Assembly (NCBI GenBank): GCA_000934665.2
Contig: KZ538291.1
Span: forward strand, 1-64,000
Direction: 5' to 3'
DNA: 64,000 bases
From: Catajapyx aquilonaris
Taxonomy: Eukaryota
This document shows, one piece after another, positions 12,819-26,138 of this stretch. The position numbers and the translations under genes were made by a program. Within the stretch, counting starts at the first letter, position 1; each line of letters begins with the position of its first letter. Under the pieces are notes generated by a model that did not search any database, had not been told where the DNA came from, and saw only the letters and a list, made by a program, of their open reading frames with translations.

Positions 12819-12988
12819 GCCTAGGTGTGAGCCAGAGTTCTACGTCAGCGGGCGATCCGCACCGCTTTGGTGAGAACGGACATGTGGAGAGGCCATACTT
12901 CGATGACATATCCAGTCGCAACGTGACCACCATCGTGGGACAAACAGCCTACCTGCACTGCCGAGTCAAGCACATCTCGGATAGAACG
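12819..12988 (+). CDS. dpr7: Internal coding exon of a Dpr-family (defective proboscis extension response / zig-8-like) immunoglobulin-superfamily gene, dpr7-like; encodes the linker and first half of Ig domain 1
   Basis: Translation LGVSQSSTSAGDPHRFGENGHVERPYFDDISSRNVTTIVGQTAYLHCRVKHISDRT matches the Dpr Ig1 start motif PYFD...NVT..VG.TA.L.CRV....RTV. The ERPYFDDIS segment recalls Drosophila Dpr7 (from memory; paralog assignment not computed). Acceptor is a polypyrimidine tract ctttttttccctccaatcacAG (AG 12817-12818, phase 1). Donor is ACG/GTCAGT at 12989 (phase 0), where the next Dpr exon (VSW...) would join. The ORF read-through past 12988 is intronic. Confidence 0.9.
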
Positions 12989-13724
12989 GTCAGTACCTGT
13001 GACTCACCACTAGAGAGCGCCACCTGCTCCAATCATGTCTCTAATTTCATTTCCACCCGGTTTTACCCCATCCTTCCTTTGATGTCTACGTTTCCTCCAC
13101 CTCTCAAAGGACCGTCGGAACTCTTTGAGGTCGTAGGTTGGCATGGAAACAAAGAATGGCAATCGCAACATTATTGCTGCGAAATTTTCGATATTTCGCT
13201 AAGAGCTGCAATTACCTCAGCCTTTTAACGCCCCCGGTACTTTTTTTTCTTTCAGAAAACTGGTTTTAGCTTTCCCCGATCGATGGATCAATTATGAGCC
13301 AGAGTGTGTGAGAGAGGTTATAGGTCATTAAGAAGACGCCGCCATAGATAGAGACTCCCTAGAATTCATACACGGAGGGATTACGGGGGGCCCAGATTCT
13401 TCAATTTACGGGAAGCCATCGCACAGGAAAAACCGGGAGTCATTAACGGAAGGAGTGATAAGGAGTGAAGGAGGCTGTTATTTACGCCGGAGAAGATCCA
13501 TAAACTGGAGATAAGGGAACAAAAGTAGAAGAAGGCTAGGGGAGGAGGAGGAGGGGAGTTAACTTAAGATGTGCTAATCAGGTAGGTGCCAAAAATGGAT
13601 GAAAGTAGGGCAGCACAAGACTGGCACCGCGTTCCAAGTAGGGCTCAAGCGGTGTTTTATACCCATTTAATACCCATTTTCTTACCTGGGACTGAAGGAC
13701 GCTGGAGAACGTGAGGGAGGCCAT

Positions 13725-14265
13725 TTGAGCGTTGAAGACTTAAGCTTTGAAAGGAACCTAAGCAGTGAAGGGGACCTAAGAGTTGAAGGAAACCTAAGCG
13801 ATTAAGGGAACCTAAGCGTGGAAGGGACCCTAAGCGTGGAAGGGACCCTAAGCGATTAAGGGAACCTAAGCGATTAAGGGAACCTAAGCGTGGAAGGGAC
13901 CCTAAGCGTGGAAGGGACCCTAAGCGTGGAAGGGAACTTAGTGGAAGGGAACCTAAGCGTGGAAGGGAACCTTAAGCGTGGAAGGAACGTAAGCTTTGAA
14001 GGATACCTAAGCGTTGAAGGGAACTTAAGCACTGACGTAAACTTAAGCGCTGATGTGGAGTTAAGTGTTGAAGTAGCCAAAGCGTTGAAGAAAACCTAAG
14101 CGCTGACGTAAACATGAGCGCTGACAGAAACACAAGCGCTGAAGGAAACTTAAGCATTGAAAGGAACCTAAGCGCTGAAGCGTTGAAGGAGACCTAAGCG
14201 CGGAAGGGAACTTAAATACACTTATCTGCTTAATCAACTTCTACGCTTAGGTCCCCTTCAATGTT
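13725..14265. repeat. 18-bp minisatellite (aagcgtggaagggaccct)n with a short inverted unit at its end
   Basis: More than 20 degenerate units; cgcttaggtccccttcaa near 14245 is the reverse complement. Confidence 0.9.
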
Positions 14266-15560
14266 TAAACAGTGGAAGGCGAGTTAAGCGCTACTCTTGA
14301 TCCAATCAGCCCTAAGGGAAGGAACTGAAAGGTGAGACTTAAGCGAGAGGAAACTTGAACGCGAACAAAGAAACTTCAGAGCGATTGACGTTTGTTACCT
14401 AGGAAACATCCCATTGCATCTTCGATCTTTGAAGCTCTTATCCTTCAGGCCATTTATATCAACTTCAAATATAAAACCACTTGCCACACCCTGTACACTA
14501 CATCAAGTCTGGCTGGGGAAACATACCGAAAACCTGTTGTAATCCGATTTACTGGACTTGCAATGCATCAAGCAATAATGGTGTTAGCAGCGAAATTTCC
14601 AAGCAGAAACTACATCTGTTTCGTTCAGATCATGGTCAAAAACACCCAAAAGCTCCGCCCATCGTCCAAAAAAAAACGAGCTCGGGTTTTCCGGGCTCGT
14701 AAATATGGCGGAAGAAAAAGCCTATTATCGCCTCCGTGGTAAATAGAGTTTTTGTGGGGAGAGGAGGAGGTGGTGGTGGGAGTGAAATATTCATGCATGA
14801 CCTACAGGCGATATTTCGGGGGCGATATAATGCTGGGCCTGAGTGGAGGGGTTAGCAGGGATATGGGGGGGGAGCGGAGGGGCCAAAATTAAAACGTCTT
14901 TGTTTGGGCGTCATACATCATGCAAACGCATTAGCCCTTTATCGGGTGAGGGGGAGGGGGTGGGGCATGAATTGTTTACGCCCCCCGACGCTTAACCCCG
15001 GATTGCGTAACCCCAGACGTTATCCATCCGGGAGATCGCTCTTTCCAAAATGGATTTTTAAATATTTAGAGACGAATTGTGGTGAAGCCCAGAGGGTGCT
15101 GACACTCGAATATTTCGGTAGGAGTCATATTTCTCACACTGATTCGTAATTTTCGTAATGATCCAGCAGAAGAATATGGCATAATCAAAACTAGGCTATC
15201 TACTTCTGTAAGAATCTTTCAGAAAACAGGCAATTAAGATTTAGTGAGTCGTTTTACGGCCCAGGTGACCTACCCTAATGGGAGATGGACCCAAAATGAT
15301 TTTTCTCTCTCCATATATTGGAAATAGTAATTGAGCCTTTAGTTGACGCATGTCACCAGAAATTTATTACACACTTTAATTTGGAAACATGAGACAGTCT
15401 GGTTCTGATAATGAAATTGTTGTGTTGTGTCGATGGCAAATCGGAATGCAATCGATGACAGTATGGAAGAGTAGCCTACCTTCAATGTCCGTAATGTAGG
15501 CCGAAAAGCCGAAGCGATCATTGGTTAAATAGTACGCAAATCGATACTCTTAATGATCAC

Positions 15561-15727
15561 TAATAGTGTTCGATACTATCAATTCCCTTAACGATTGCTA
15601 ATAGTGTTGGATACTATCAATACCCTTAACGATTGCTAATAGTGTTGGATACTATCAATACCCTTTACGATTGCTAATAGTGTTGGATACTATCAATACC
15701 CTCAACGATTGCTAATAGTGTTCGATA
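15561..15727. repeat. 38-bp tandem repeat (~4 copies)
   Basis: actatcaatacccttaacgattgctaatagtgttggat repeated with period 38. Confidence 0.9.
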
Positions 15728-17775
15728 TTCTCTATGCTTGTGATATTGGTGATATATCGATAACCTATATCCCCCTAATAAGACCCGGAATTTAATCAGC
15801 AAATACTACTGTCGAATATGTAGTAAACTCGTTTGTTTCCTTGATATTTGGGCCATTTTGAAAACTGCAAGAAATGGCTGACCGGATTCCATCGCCTCCG
15901 GGTTTCTTTTTAATATTCCGTAAGAAAATCGCCCCGTTCAATTGCCCGGAAAACGTTCGTAATGATTTAGAGAGGGGAGGAAAAGGAATGGAAATGAGGC
16001 TGACTACGACTCTCAAATGGCGAAAAAAGGAAGGGGAAGTGACAATAAGTGCTAAATCGATATGTGTGTAGGGACTTTCACCATTTCTTTTAAACTATGG
16101 TGGTCGGTAGTTGTGAGAATCATTATCGATAGGATCGATTGTGAGTCAGATAGATTGGTGATAAGGGCTCAAGAACTACGATGTCAGTAGTGAAGTCAGA
16201 AAATGTTAGTATTAGGTGTCGATAGTTTCGATAAAAGCGAATCGAAAATGTGAGCGGAGAATCCTAAGAGAACAAGTACGATATGAAATATAGATCGATA
16301 CTTTTAATGATACCAGGAAAATGTCGATGCAATCAATTTTGATGATCATGGTAATAGTTGAAGAATCTGTATCAACGTATTACATCCACAGGATTGTTCA
16401 TACTATAATTAGGTTCAATATTAATTATTAATCAAACGGTCTATACAATCGATTTTGACACTGGAATATCTGTATTGCCGATGACAATAGTTTGAGATAG
16501 GGTCAATGATGTAGGCCGAAAAGCCTAAGGATCAAGAATGTTATAATGTTGATCGATACTCTTAATGATGAAAATAACTGTCGATACTATCGACTTTCAT
16601 TGTTATGGTAATAGATATCAGCCTACATCTACAGGATTGGTCTCATCCATTATGAATCAAGTAGCCGATGCTATCAATTCAGACACTGACTAGTCGATAT
16701 ATCCGATGCCAATAGTGTCAGAATCGAAAGTATCAATGGTGTTACCAAATGACCGTCGCCTCTCCCCCTCTCTCGAGTGACATTTCATCCAATCACTCAC
16801 CCCCAGCACCTTCAGCTCTATTTGCACCTTGCTTCAAACGCAACCCCACCGCTCGCCCTAGCACCCAGCATAAATCCCCATCTCAATTAGCCTAACCGTG
16901 CGTTCCCAAATCGAACCCCATCCCTTCCTCCCCCGCACTCCCTCTACCCACAAATGCTCCGAAACACCCATGAAAAGAACCACCGTTTTTTTTCCTATCC
17001 TCCTACCAACCTAGTCGTCCATTATTGTCCGCAACAATGGGCCAGCCATTTTTTTTCGTAGCGAAGGGAGAGTCCATTGTGTGCACAGCTTAAAATTCCC
17101 CGCTGGGAATTGCGACGTGGCAAGAATCCCCGGTCCTATTTTTAGAACCCGTAGGTGATGGGTACTGGGTTGGGTATTAGCACTGCCATGGCTTTGCCTC
17201 TAGTTTTTCTAACGCTTCTTTTTTTATTATTCATTGAATAGGAAAATTTATCTTCTCTTTGCATGTCTCTATGCAGTTAGCTCCACCGTTGAAAACTACA
17301 ATTAGCCTTCCATGTTTTAGGATTTAAAAGAGGTTGCGGCGTGCTTGGGAATTAGGACGCTGTTTAAAACCCTCTCCTCTCATGCATGCTAACCCCTCAC
17401 CTCATAACCCTTAGCCTTATTCTAAGCTATCTGAGGGATAGCAGATATCTGACATCTTGTAAAACGTCAACATGTGAGGTACTGCAGTACTAACGAGCTG
17501 TCATGAAGAGGGAGTAACATAAGAGCCTGTTACTATTGTGATGGTATAAGAATGGGAGTGACGTCAGGTCAAAATTTTGGAAGATTAGTGTAATTTAAAA
17601 TTAAATAATTGTAAATAAAATACACAATGCATAAGATTGCAAATTGAATCACATTTCATTAACACGCATGCATAATTAATATTTTGTTTTAAAATAATAT
17701 AATTTATTTAACAAAATGCATAGTTAATAGTATCTAATAAAAAATATTCAGATAAATTTATACTGTATAATTATA

Positions 17776-18113
17776 CTGTAGGTTACTCCTGATTATCCGG
17801 GGGGAGAGGATTATCCATGTTTAGGATTATCCGTGGATGGCCAAAAAAATAAAAATAAAAATCCGAAAAATGTTAATCAAAATAATGAAGCTTACCATAA
17901 ATTTTAGTGGGTTTTCGAGAGAGAGAAAATCCTACATTTCTTCGCTCGTGAGACAAATTGACATTTTTCATAATTTAAAACATAATCAAAACATAATTTA
18001 AAACACCATACATTATCATCTCTGAATAACCCATATTTAAGATGTCTATGGTTATTTCCGATTATCCAGTGACACCCTTGCAGTCATTAGCCCTGATAAT
18101 CGGGAGTGCACTG
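17776..18113. mobile_element. Tigger/pogo-like MITE
   Basis: Imperfect TIRs actcctgattatccggg / ccctgataatcgggagtgcactg, TA at both ends, internal gattatcc repeats. Confidence 0.65.
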
Positions 18114-19679
18114 TATATTTTAAAAAGGGGCAAAAAATGGAACCTTTCCTGTAACAAATAAGGTCAAATAATGAACGACCTGAGTAATAAAAATATCAAT
18201 TAACAACCAGAAATTAATAATTTATATTTCCGAGTATTCGTTCCTATGAAACTAAATTTATTCGCTTGATTGATTTAAAAAATTAATTCATCTATTTCAA
18301 ATCTTATAACACATTTCAGTCTTATTAATTTAATCATTTACTCTAACTAAACTTACATGTTAATATTAATATCCTGCATTGTTGCAAATGCTCTTTATTT
18401 ATTTATTTAACAATAATTCATTTTATTCCCGATTAATTTTTACACCACACTAAACCTTGCTTTCCACCAATCTTGATTAAAGCCCTGCATAACTCCTCCC
18501 CATCTTTTAGACACCTCCTAGAAACAACCCAGCTTAACTAATCAGCACCTCGGAATTGTTGCCATTAATTTATTTCCTCCCCTTTTTCTTTTCTTGGAGC
18601 AAATAGGTCCCCCCCCCACCTTTTCTAAGCCCTCCTTCTCTTCTTCGCAATGCTTACCTCAATGGCCTCCTGCAAAACACCATCTTAATGTCGACTTTTA
18701 TACCTATAATTGTGAAAAATCGCCAAAGTTTTAATGGGGACCTAGGGAAGCCCCTCCCTCCTTCTCTTCCCTTCTTGTTTCAAGAAGACTACCGGGTTTA
18801 GGGCAATCTGTGGTTTCATTTTGGCCTTGTCTTCCACACAGAGAGAAGCAATGAAGAGAAAAGTCTTGGGCTCCCTACTATTTCCTTGTATTTTTTCCCC
18901 TCCAAAAAAAAGTTGCCTGAAGATCTACTTTGCGAATAAAAAATTAAAAACTTCCTCACAAAGTTCTATTTCGAACAAAAAAAACTACATACAAAGTGTA
19001 TCAGTATAGCTTGAGGGTGGAATTTCAGTGCGAATATACGAAAGGAATCTGCGAAAAACTTCTAGTGCTCTAAGCAATATTGTTAGGTCAAGTTGTTCAA
19101 AAGCTGCCATTAAATTTATGGGACTATGATCGTTTCTTTAAGATGAAATTCTGGCTACGACACACATGACACTTCACAATCCTCTTCACCAAAGACTTGG
19201 TTTTTTTCTGAGATAAAACCTACTTCATTGTCGCCTTGATGAAACGCCCCCCCCCCCTCCTTCAAACCCTCTTTGATTCCTACCCTCAAAAACCGCTATT
19301 GTCCACCGCCTATTGAAAAGTCCAACCAGTAAGAGGATTCCTCTAATTCGTCGCGGTCGAGCGGTTGAGATTAGCATGGCTGCGAGTAAGCCGATGCTAC
19401 GCTCGCTATTTGCTCCTTTGACCACCCTCAGATTAAAGAGGGATTCTTGCCTCCTCTAATCATCCTCTGGAGGTTACGCAAATGACCTCAGCCTTAGAGG
19501 GACTTCCATCAGAGTACACATCCTGTACAAGATGAAGCTCTTTCTGTGAATCGATCTACTTGCTATGCCTCCTTCCTGCTCATCCTATTCACTGTACTAT
19601 CCACCTACTCCATTTGTTTTCAGATATTAAATCTGTGCCTTTATATGCCTTATACTCACTAGCACACCCCTACACTAAG

Positions 19680-20055
19680 GTGACCTAATCTATCTTTCCA
19701 TAATCTGCCCTAATCTGTCCTACCCAAAACTACCCTATCATACGCTAACCTAACCTAATTATTTTATCCTGTCCTATCCTCCCTTAATTATTTTTATACT
19801 GCCCTAACCTACCATATCCTGCCCTAACCTGTCATAATAAATCCTGCCCTAATCTGACCTCCCTAACATAACCTTCCCTAACCTGATATAAGAATTATGT
19901 CAGGTTATGGTAGGTTATGTTACGGAAGTCAGATTAGGGCAGCATAAATTAGGGCAGGTTAGGGCAGAATAAATTAGGTCAGAAGAGGCTGGATAAATAT
20001 ATTTGGGCAGGATAAATTATTTATTCGGCCCTAACTTAATCTAACCTAACCTTAT
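19680..20055. repeat. Degenerate CTAAC/TTAGG-type repeat block with internal inversion
   Basis: ccctaacct-type units switch to ggttagggc-type units at about 19895-20015 and back again. Confidence 0.7.
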
Positions 20056-21273
20056 CACTGCATAACTACAACTCTTCTTATTATACCTACATTTTATCAC
20101 CATTATGTCAAATTATATTCGCCTAACGTTGCATCTTCCCGCAACCTACTTGCTCTTTCTACTCATCTACACCTTACTAACCACCTTCTCATTCTCTTTA
20201 CAACAACTCACTACTACTCACAATTTCACTATCTACACACCTTTTCACTTACACCATCCTATTCTCCTCAGAACACGTCTTGACACACCTAGAAAGCAGA
20301 GAGAAAAACCAGGGGGTAATAGCTGCTAAGAGACAGTTCCTGGGGACATAACAATGGAAGGTGGGATGGAGGATAAATCAGAATGAGAGTCGTAATGGGC
20401 CATTTTTTGAAGAGAAGATGCGAGGTTGAGTCCGGATTGTGAGAGCGATGGGTGGTATAAAAAGGAGCGATATCATTCCGGTTTTATCGCTGGATCTGGT
20501 TTGATTGCTGGACAAATATCCAGTTGACAACAGAGCATTTAGTTCGCAAAATATTGAGAGGAAAATGTGTGTAAAATGTTTCCATTTCATGAACAGTTGA
20601 AAATATTTCATTTAAAATGATATTTTATTAAATATTTTTCAGGTGAATGATACCCTTCCATCAAGCTTTCATTGCCTTAACAATCAACCTAACCTTCCTC
20701 AACATGCTAAGCTGAACCGATTCAATATATCGATTGCTGCCTAGGGAGCTGCCGGATATGTAACAATTAAATATAGCAGACTGTTCAAACTTAATTAAGG
20801 CCCGGTTTCGAAATGACCGGTTTGAAATGCTACCCTACACACCATGGTTCTCAAGAAGAAAAAAATCGGCGTATGTAACAATAGGTATGGCCAGAGGGAT
20901 TGTTTATTCGTGCTTTGTTAATTTCTGGAGCTGGAGACTGCTAGGAATATAATTATTAATTCCTAGCTCGATCCCAAATCTAGGTCATCCTTTCATAATC
21001 GAATCAGAAAAAGGTATAGGCTTATGATAATTACATCCACTTCCCTATCCGCCCAATACCGACTTGAAACGATTGATATCGATTGCTCCCCACCAGTATT
21101 TTTAATCCTGAGATTTTCATCGTGGAGTTGTCTATCCTTCAAGAAGATAATTATGAACCGGGACAAATTGCTGGCAGAAAATAGCGGTGTAAAAATACGC
21201 CGCTTTGGTTTGAATAGAGTGAATCAAAACATATTTACCTTCACATATGCAATAGGTTTTTTTTCACAATCTC

Positions 21274-21800
21274 CTGATCTTTTCTGTTCTCACCTTCGTA
21301 CAATCTCCTGATCTTTTCTGTTCTCACATTCGTACAATCTCCTCATCCTTAACTAAACTAACCTAACCTAACCTAACCTAGACTATGTCCCCCAAAACGA
21401 GCCAAGGTCTCGAACACTGGGTAAATTAAATAAAAAAAACCTAGACTATGAATAAATTGATTAAATCGTTTCATCCACTGATCTTTTCTGTACTCACCTT
21501 CGTACAATCTCCTCATCCTTAACCAAACTAACCTAACCTAACCTAACCTAGACTATGTCCCCCAAAACGAGCCAAAGTCTCGAACACGGGGTAAATTAAA
21601 TAAAAAACCCTAGACTATGAATAAATTGGTTAAATCATTTCATCCACTGATCTCTTCTGTAGTCACCTTCGTACAATCTCCCCATCGCTAATCTAATCTA
21701 ACCTAACCTAATCTAACCTAATCTAACCTAATCTAACCTAACCTAACCCAACCTAACCTAACCTAGACTACGAATAAATCGGTTAAATCGCTTCATCCAC
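21274..21800. repeat. ~170-bp tandem triplication with (CTAAC)n tracts; the first two units carry a 50-bp retroposon tail
   Basis: Unit ctgatcttttctg..caccttcgtacaatctcc..(ctaac)n..ctagactatg..aataaatt..catcca occurs three times. Confidence 0.9.
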
Positions 21801-22685
21801 TCCCAGTTTCATCTGAAATTTGCTGAAAAAATACTAGATAGTTCACCTAGCTTGCATTAGAGGTGACAAATTAGCAAGTAGGGTTACAAATCGCATTCTT
21901 GACTCAGACTTGGGGAAACTCCAATGATACGGAAGACGATGGATAAGATCTTTCAGGAAACTTGGGAAGGTTGAAACTTGGGGAAAATGGTTTTTGGGGG
22001 GTAGGAGGAATGGAGAGTGGAAGATCAAATAATTAGATTTCAGGGTTTCGCAGCCAGATGCCAACTCTGTCTTGCCATTCCCTAGAGAAACCCAGGGTCT
22101 CTATTCCCTTGCTCGCTAACTAAACACCGGAGTTTCCCAGCGCCAACTAACTCATCTCTAATTCCCTCTACCTACTTCTTCAGAGGACACGACATTTTAA
22201 ATTCTTTACCTTTGCCTCTTTTTTTGCCTTCGAGACATTTTATTTGTTCGAGTAAACAAACCTCCTGATTATGACTAGTCCTGAGGGTTTGAGTAAGGAG
22301 AATTATGCCAGAGAAAATTTTCAACCGGTTTTACTAACTTTAACTCCAGCTTTAAGCAAACTGAACATATACGCGTTTATATTCAGTTAAAAGCAACCGG
22401 GAGCCAATCAGAGTGATTGAATTAGTTACATTATTAATATTATATTGGGGTCACAATCAGTGAGCAATATACTATAAAGGCTATATTAATCCGATTTTGG
22501 CCAATTCAAATTGACTATAATTAGTAGACAGGAAGCACCAATTAACACGCTGATTAGTGGATGCCTACAGACGTAAAACACAACGACACTCGTGTGACCC
22601 CCATCTACTTTGATGCACTACTGCAGTAGATCAAGGCCCTATCATTTGATAAATTATATTGGACAGGTTACAATGTATTAGTTAT

Positions 22686-22882
22686 CATTATACACTATTA
22701 GTTATTATGGTACACTATTAGTTATTATGGTACACTATTAGTTATTATGGTACACTATTAGTTATTATGGTACACTATTAGTTATTATGGTACACTATTA
22801 GTTATTATGGTACACTATTAGTTATTATGGTACACTATTAGTTATTATGGTACACTATTAGTTATTATGGTGCACTATTAGT
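22686..22882. repeat. 20-bp minisatellite (gttattatggtacactatta)n
   Basis: About 9 near-perfect units. Confidence 0.95.
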
Positions 22883-22950
22883 ATGTTATTATGGTACAAT
22901 AATTAGCCATCATGATGAAACAGAATAGTGAAATAATATATTTTTTGATG

Positions 22951-23089
22951 TATTAGCTATCAGGATATACTGTAATAATGTATTATCTATCAGGATATAC
23001 TGTAATAATGTATTATCTATCAGGATATACTGTAATAATGTATTATCTATCAGGATATACTGTAATAATGTATTATCTATCAGGATATA
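22951..23089. repeat. 30-bp minisatellite (tattatctatcaggatatactgtaataatg)n
   Basis: About 4.5 units. Confidence 0.95.
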
Positions 23090-25680
23090 TTATGTTAGTT
23101 TGCATGTTAAATTAATTATATTAGTTAGCCAATTTCATCAGTGTATGCTTAACTTTGCATAGTTTAGGATTTTGCAAAAATTTTGGCAAATTCCTTAAAT
23201 GTGAAGTGGTTTGGCAACTCTATGGAAATAAATGCCAGGCGGCACTAGGACCGACACTTTACAACGCCGCAATCCAAGCCAGTGTTAAAATCCAATGGCT
23301 TTTGGCATTTGCAAGAATTGGGTTAACCGTCTCTTCGCCATCGCGAAAAATATATTTTTGAGCAACTTTTTTTCTTTCTCTTTTTTGAGGAAGATTTCGA
23401 CTTAGGGCATTGCGGAGGACCAAGAAGTTGCGGAATAGTTTTCCCGCCTAAGCATCCTCATATTTTATTGAAACCGTTTCATCCCCGGCACTGCTACAAA
23501 CCGCTATCGGTTTTTGTCGCTGATGCATCTGCAGAAAAGAGCACGCATCTGAAGACTATCGGAATATGGAAACCCCCGGCAGGCTAGAAATTTTCTTAGG
23601 ACTATCTCTTCTTCTCTTTCTCTGCCGGCAGCAAAGAGCCACTTCCATTCCTCCCACCCACCCTCCTCCACCCCCTCATTATTGATTTTGTCATCAAGAA
23701 GTTGGAGGAGTCTTACAAGAACACAGTTTGTGATTGCCAAGACCAGACTCCAGGCCAGATCGCCCATTTTTAAAATGAAAAAAAAGTGAGCAGCGCCGCC
23801 TGTAGGGAGCGACCTGAACTAGGTGGCTCCCTCTAGCGGTGGCGTGGGTGAACTAAACGCTGGGTTGGCCGTTTTATACCGGCTTTATAGCTGTCATTGT
23901 ACCACACACTGATCTGATAATGCAATTAAATCAAAATAGTCAATTTTGACTATTACATTTTGAAAATTTCATTCTCAATATGGAAATGGTTTGTTTGTTC
24001 ATTTATATACTTCATTTGTTATCTACTAAGAGATCAGACATATAATTTTATTATGAACATAGGTCCTCTATTTTACAAACATTTTTTAAACATCTATAAA
24101 ACACAATTGAAGCAAAACACTAAGTACGCGTAAAAGTGTGATCTGGCCATTCTTTAGAGTTTTCTCCGGTTTCTTTCTCATCCCGGACAAATTCCGTTGC
24201 TTCTGTAGATATCACCTAATTGGCTCAATTAATGTGACCCTTAAATGCCAATGGCCTGGACAGATTATGTTCCTAAAGCGGACGTAAACCCACCTCGATT
24301 AGCGGGACACAACGAGGTTTCCCCTCCGGAGTTTAAAAGGAGGGCCGTTAAAACCCCCTCCGGTATCCGCTACCACACCCCCCCCCCTCCCCGGATTTGA
24401 CCCGAAACATCCCGGATATGAGCCAAGATTCCAAAATGAATTCCTTCTTAATCGTGGGCTACTAATTGTCCTTGAAAAGCCTGCGACTATCGCGAGACTC
24501 GCCAAGGGATCACGAAAGACTATCGGGCTCGTCTGGCTCCCCCAGTAATTAGTCATTTATTTTTAGGAGTGGGAGGTTTAATTAGAAAGAAATTCTGAGA
24601 ATTGAATGACGCAGTTTTGAACCTTGCAGATCCCAATTGGCACGTATCGGTATTGCGAAATGTGTATAGGGATCAATAATTATTAAGCATGGATTGATTT
24701 TTATCGATGTTATTTATTTATTTATTTATCTCATATTATTTATAAATGTACATATTATATTATTGTCGATATTAATTTCTGTCGATGTTATCCACTTATT
24801 GAAATCATTTATTTCTGGCGATAGATATGATATACTCATCGATATTATTAATTTCTGTCGTCCGTTATTCACTTGTTATCGAAATAATTTATTGCTGTCA
24901 ATATTATCCATTTATATACCAATATTATCCACTTCTATCGATAGTATCCACTTATTGTCGATAGTATCCACTTATTGTCGATAGTATCCACTTATTATCG
25001 ATATAATTTGACGAGATCAAAATTATTTATCTCGATTGAACTGTTTATTTATTTCTAGACATTTTTATTTATTTATCGACATTGTTTCAATTTAATTATA
25101 TTTATATTGATTGATATTTTGAGATTATTAGACAGTGTAATAATTTTATTCAGCGTTACTATCGATGTTTGTTGATGCTGTTTGCAATTATTACATTCGC
25201 ATTATAAACAGAGGGCTTAACCTGATATATCGGTTCAATTTTTTGCACTATTTTCACTGCAACACTATTTTCCACGAAACCCTGGCTTTGTCCTGCGTGA
25301 GTTAAAAATCCGGCAAAGTACTATCATCATTGTCTCTATCACATAGCATTGCGTGCAATTATCCTCGTTTCCTTCCGGGCCAAACGATACGCACTAATGT
25401 TTTTCGGACGCTGCAATATCTTATCGGTCAACCCGATTTTTTTCCCGGTCTAATTATATCCACAGCGGCTGTAAAAGACGGTTACATAACGTTGGAATCG
25501 GATGTAATTATAGGGCCACTAAATTAATATTACCTAATGAGCCTATCGCGACATACTCGTGACATGGCGACATTTAATATTCCCTCAACCAGATACGATC
25601 CTTTTGGACATAAAAGCACGAAAAGTTGGAAGCCGCACGATATCTGCTAATCTGAGATTTTCTGTAATTTTCGGGAACGA

Positions 25681-26138
25681 CTTTCGTAACGGGTGACCGA
25701 ATATGGCAGGGGTAGGAGCACGCTGTAGCAACCTACCCCATGACCTACCTTTCCCTATCGAAAGATACACGCCTATAATTAATTCAGTGGATACACGTCT
25801 ATCCTTCAGCGGATTCACTCCTGTCCTTCAGCGGATTCAGGTCTATCCTTCAACGAATTCACGCCTATCCTTCAGCGGGTTCACGCCTATCCTGCAGTGG
25901 ATTCCCGCCTATCCTTCAGTGAATTCATGCCTATTCTTTAGCGCATTCGCCCCTATCCTTCAGCGGATTCGGGCCTATCCTTCAGCGGATTCGGGCCTAT
26001 CCTTCAGCGGATTCGGGCCTATCCTTCAGCGGATTCGGGCCTATCCTTCGGCGGATTCACGCCTATTTTTCAGCGAATTCACGCCTATCCTTCAGCCGAT
26101 TCAAGCCTAGAAAAGTAGCGGGTCTCCCGTTATGAAAG
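25681..26138. mobile_element. MITE-like element with an internal 22-bp tandem array (gcctatccttcagcggattcgg)n
   Basis: TIR ctttcgtaacgggtgacc / ggtctcccgttatgaaag, about 14 internal units, and a second partial copy at 4500-4690. Confidence 0.75.

Noticed and set aside
12989..13228. C-terminal part of the 133-aa ORF 12827-13228
   Set aside because: Dpr similarity stops at the GT donor; the remainder is intron read-through
21345..21765. True telomere
   Set aside because: Short interstitial CTAAC tracts embedded in a tandem triplication, mid-window
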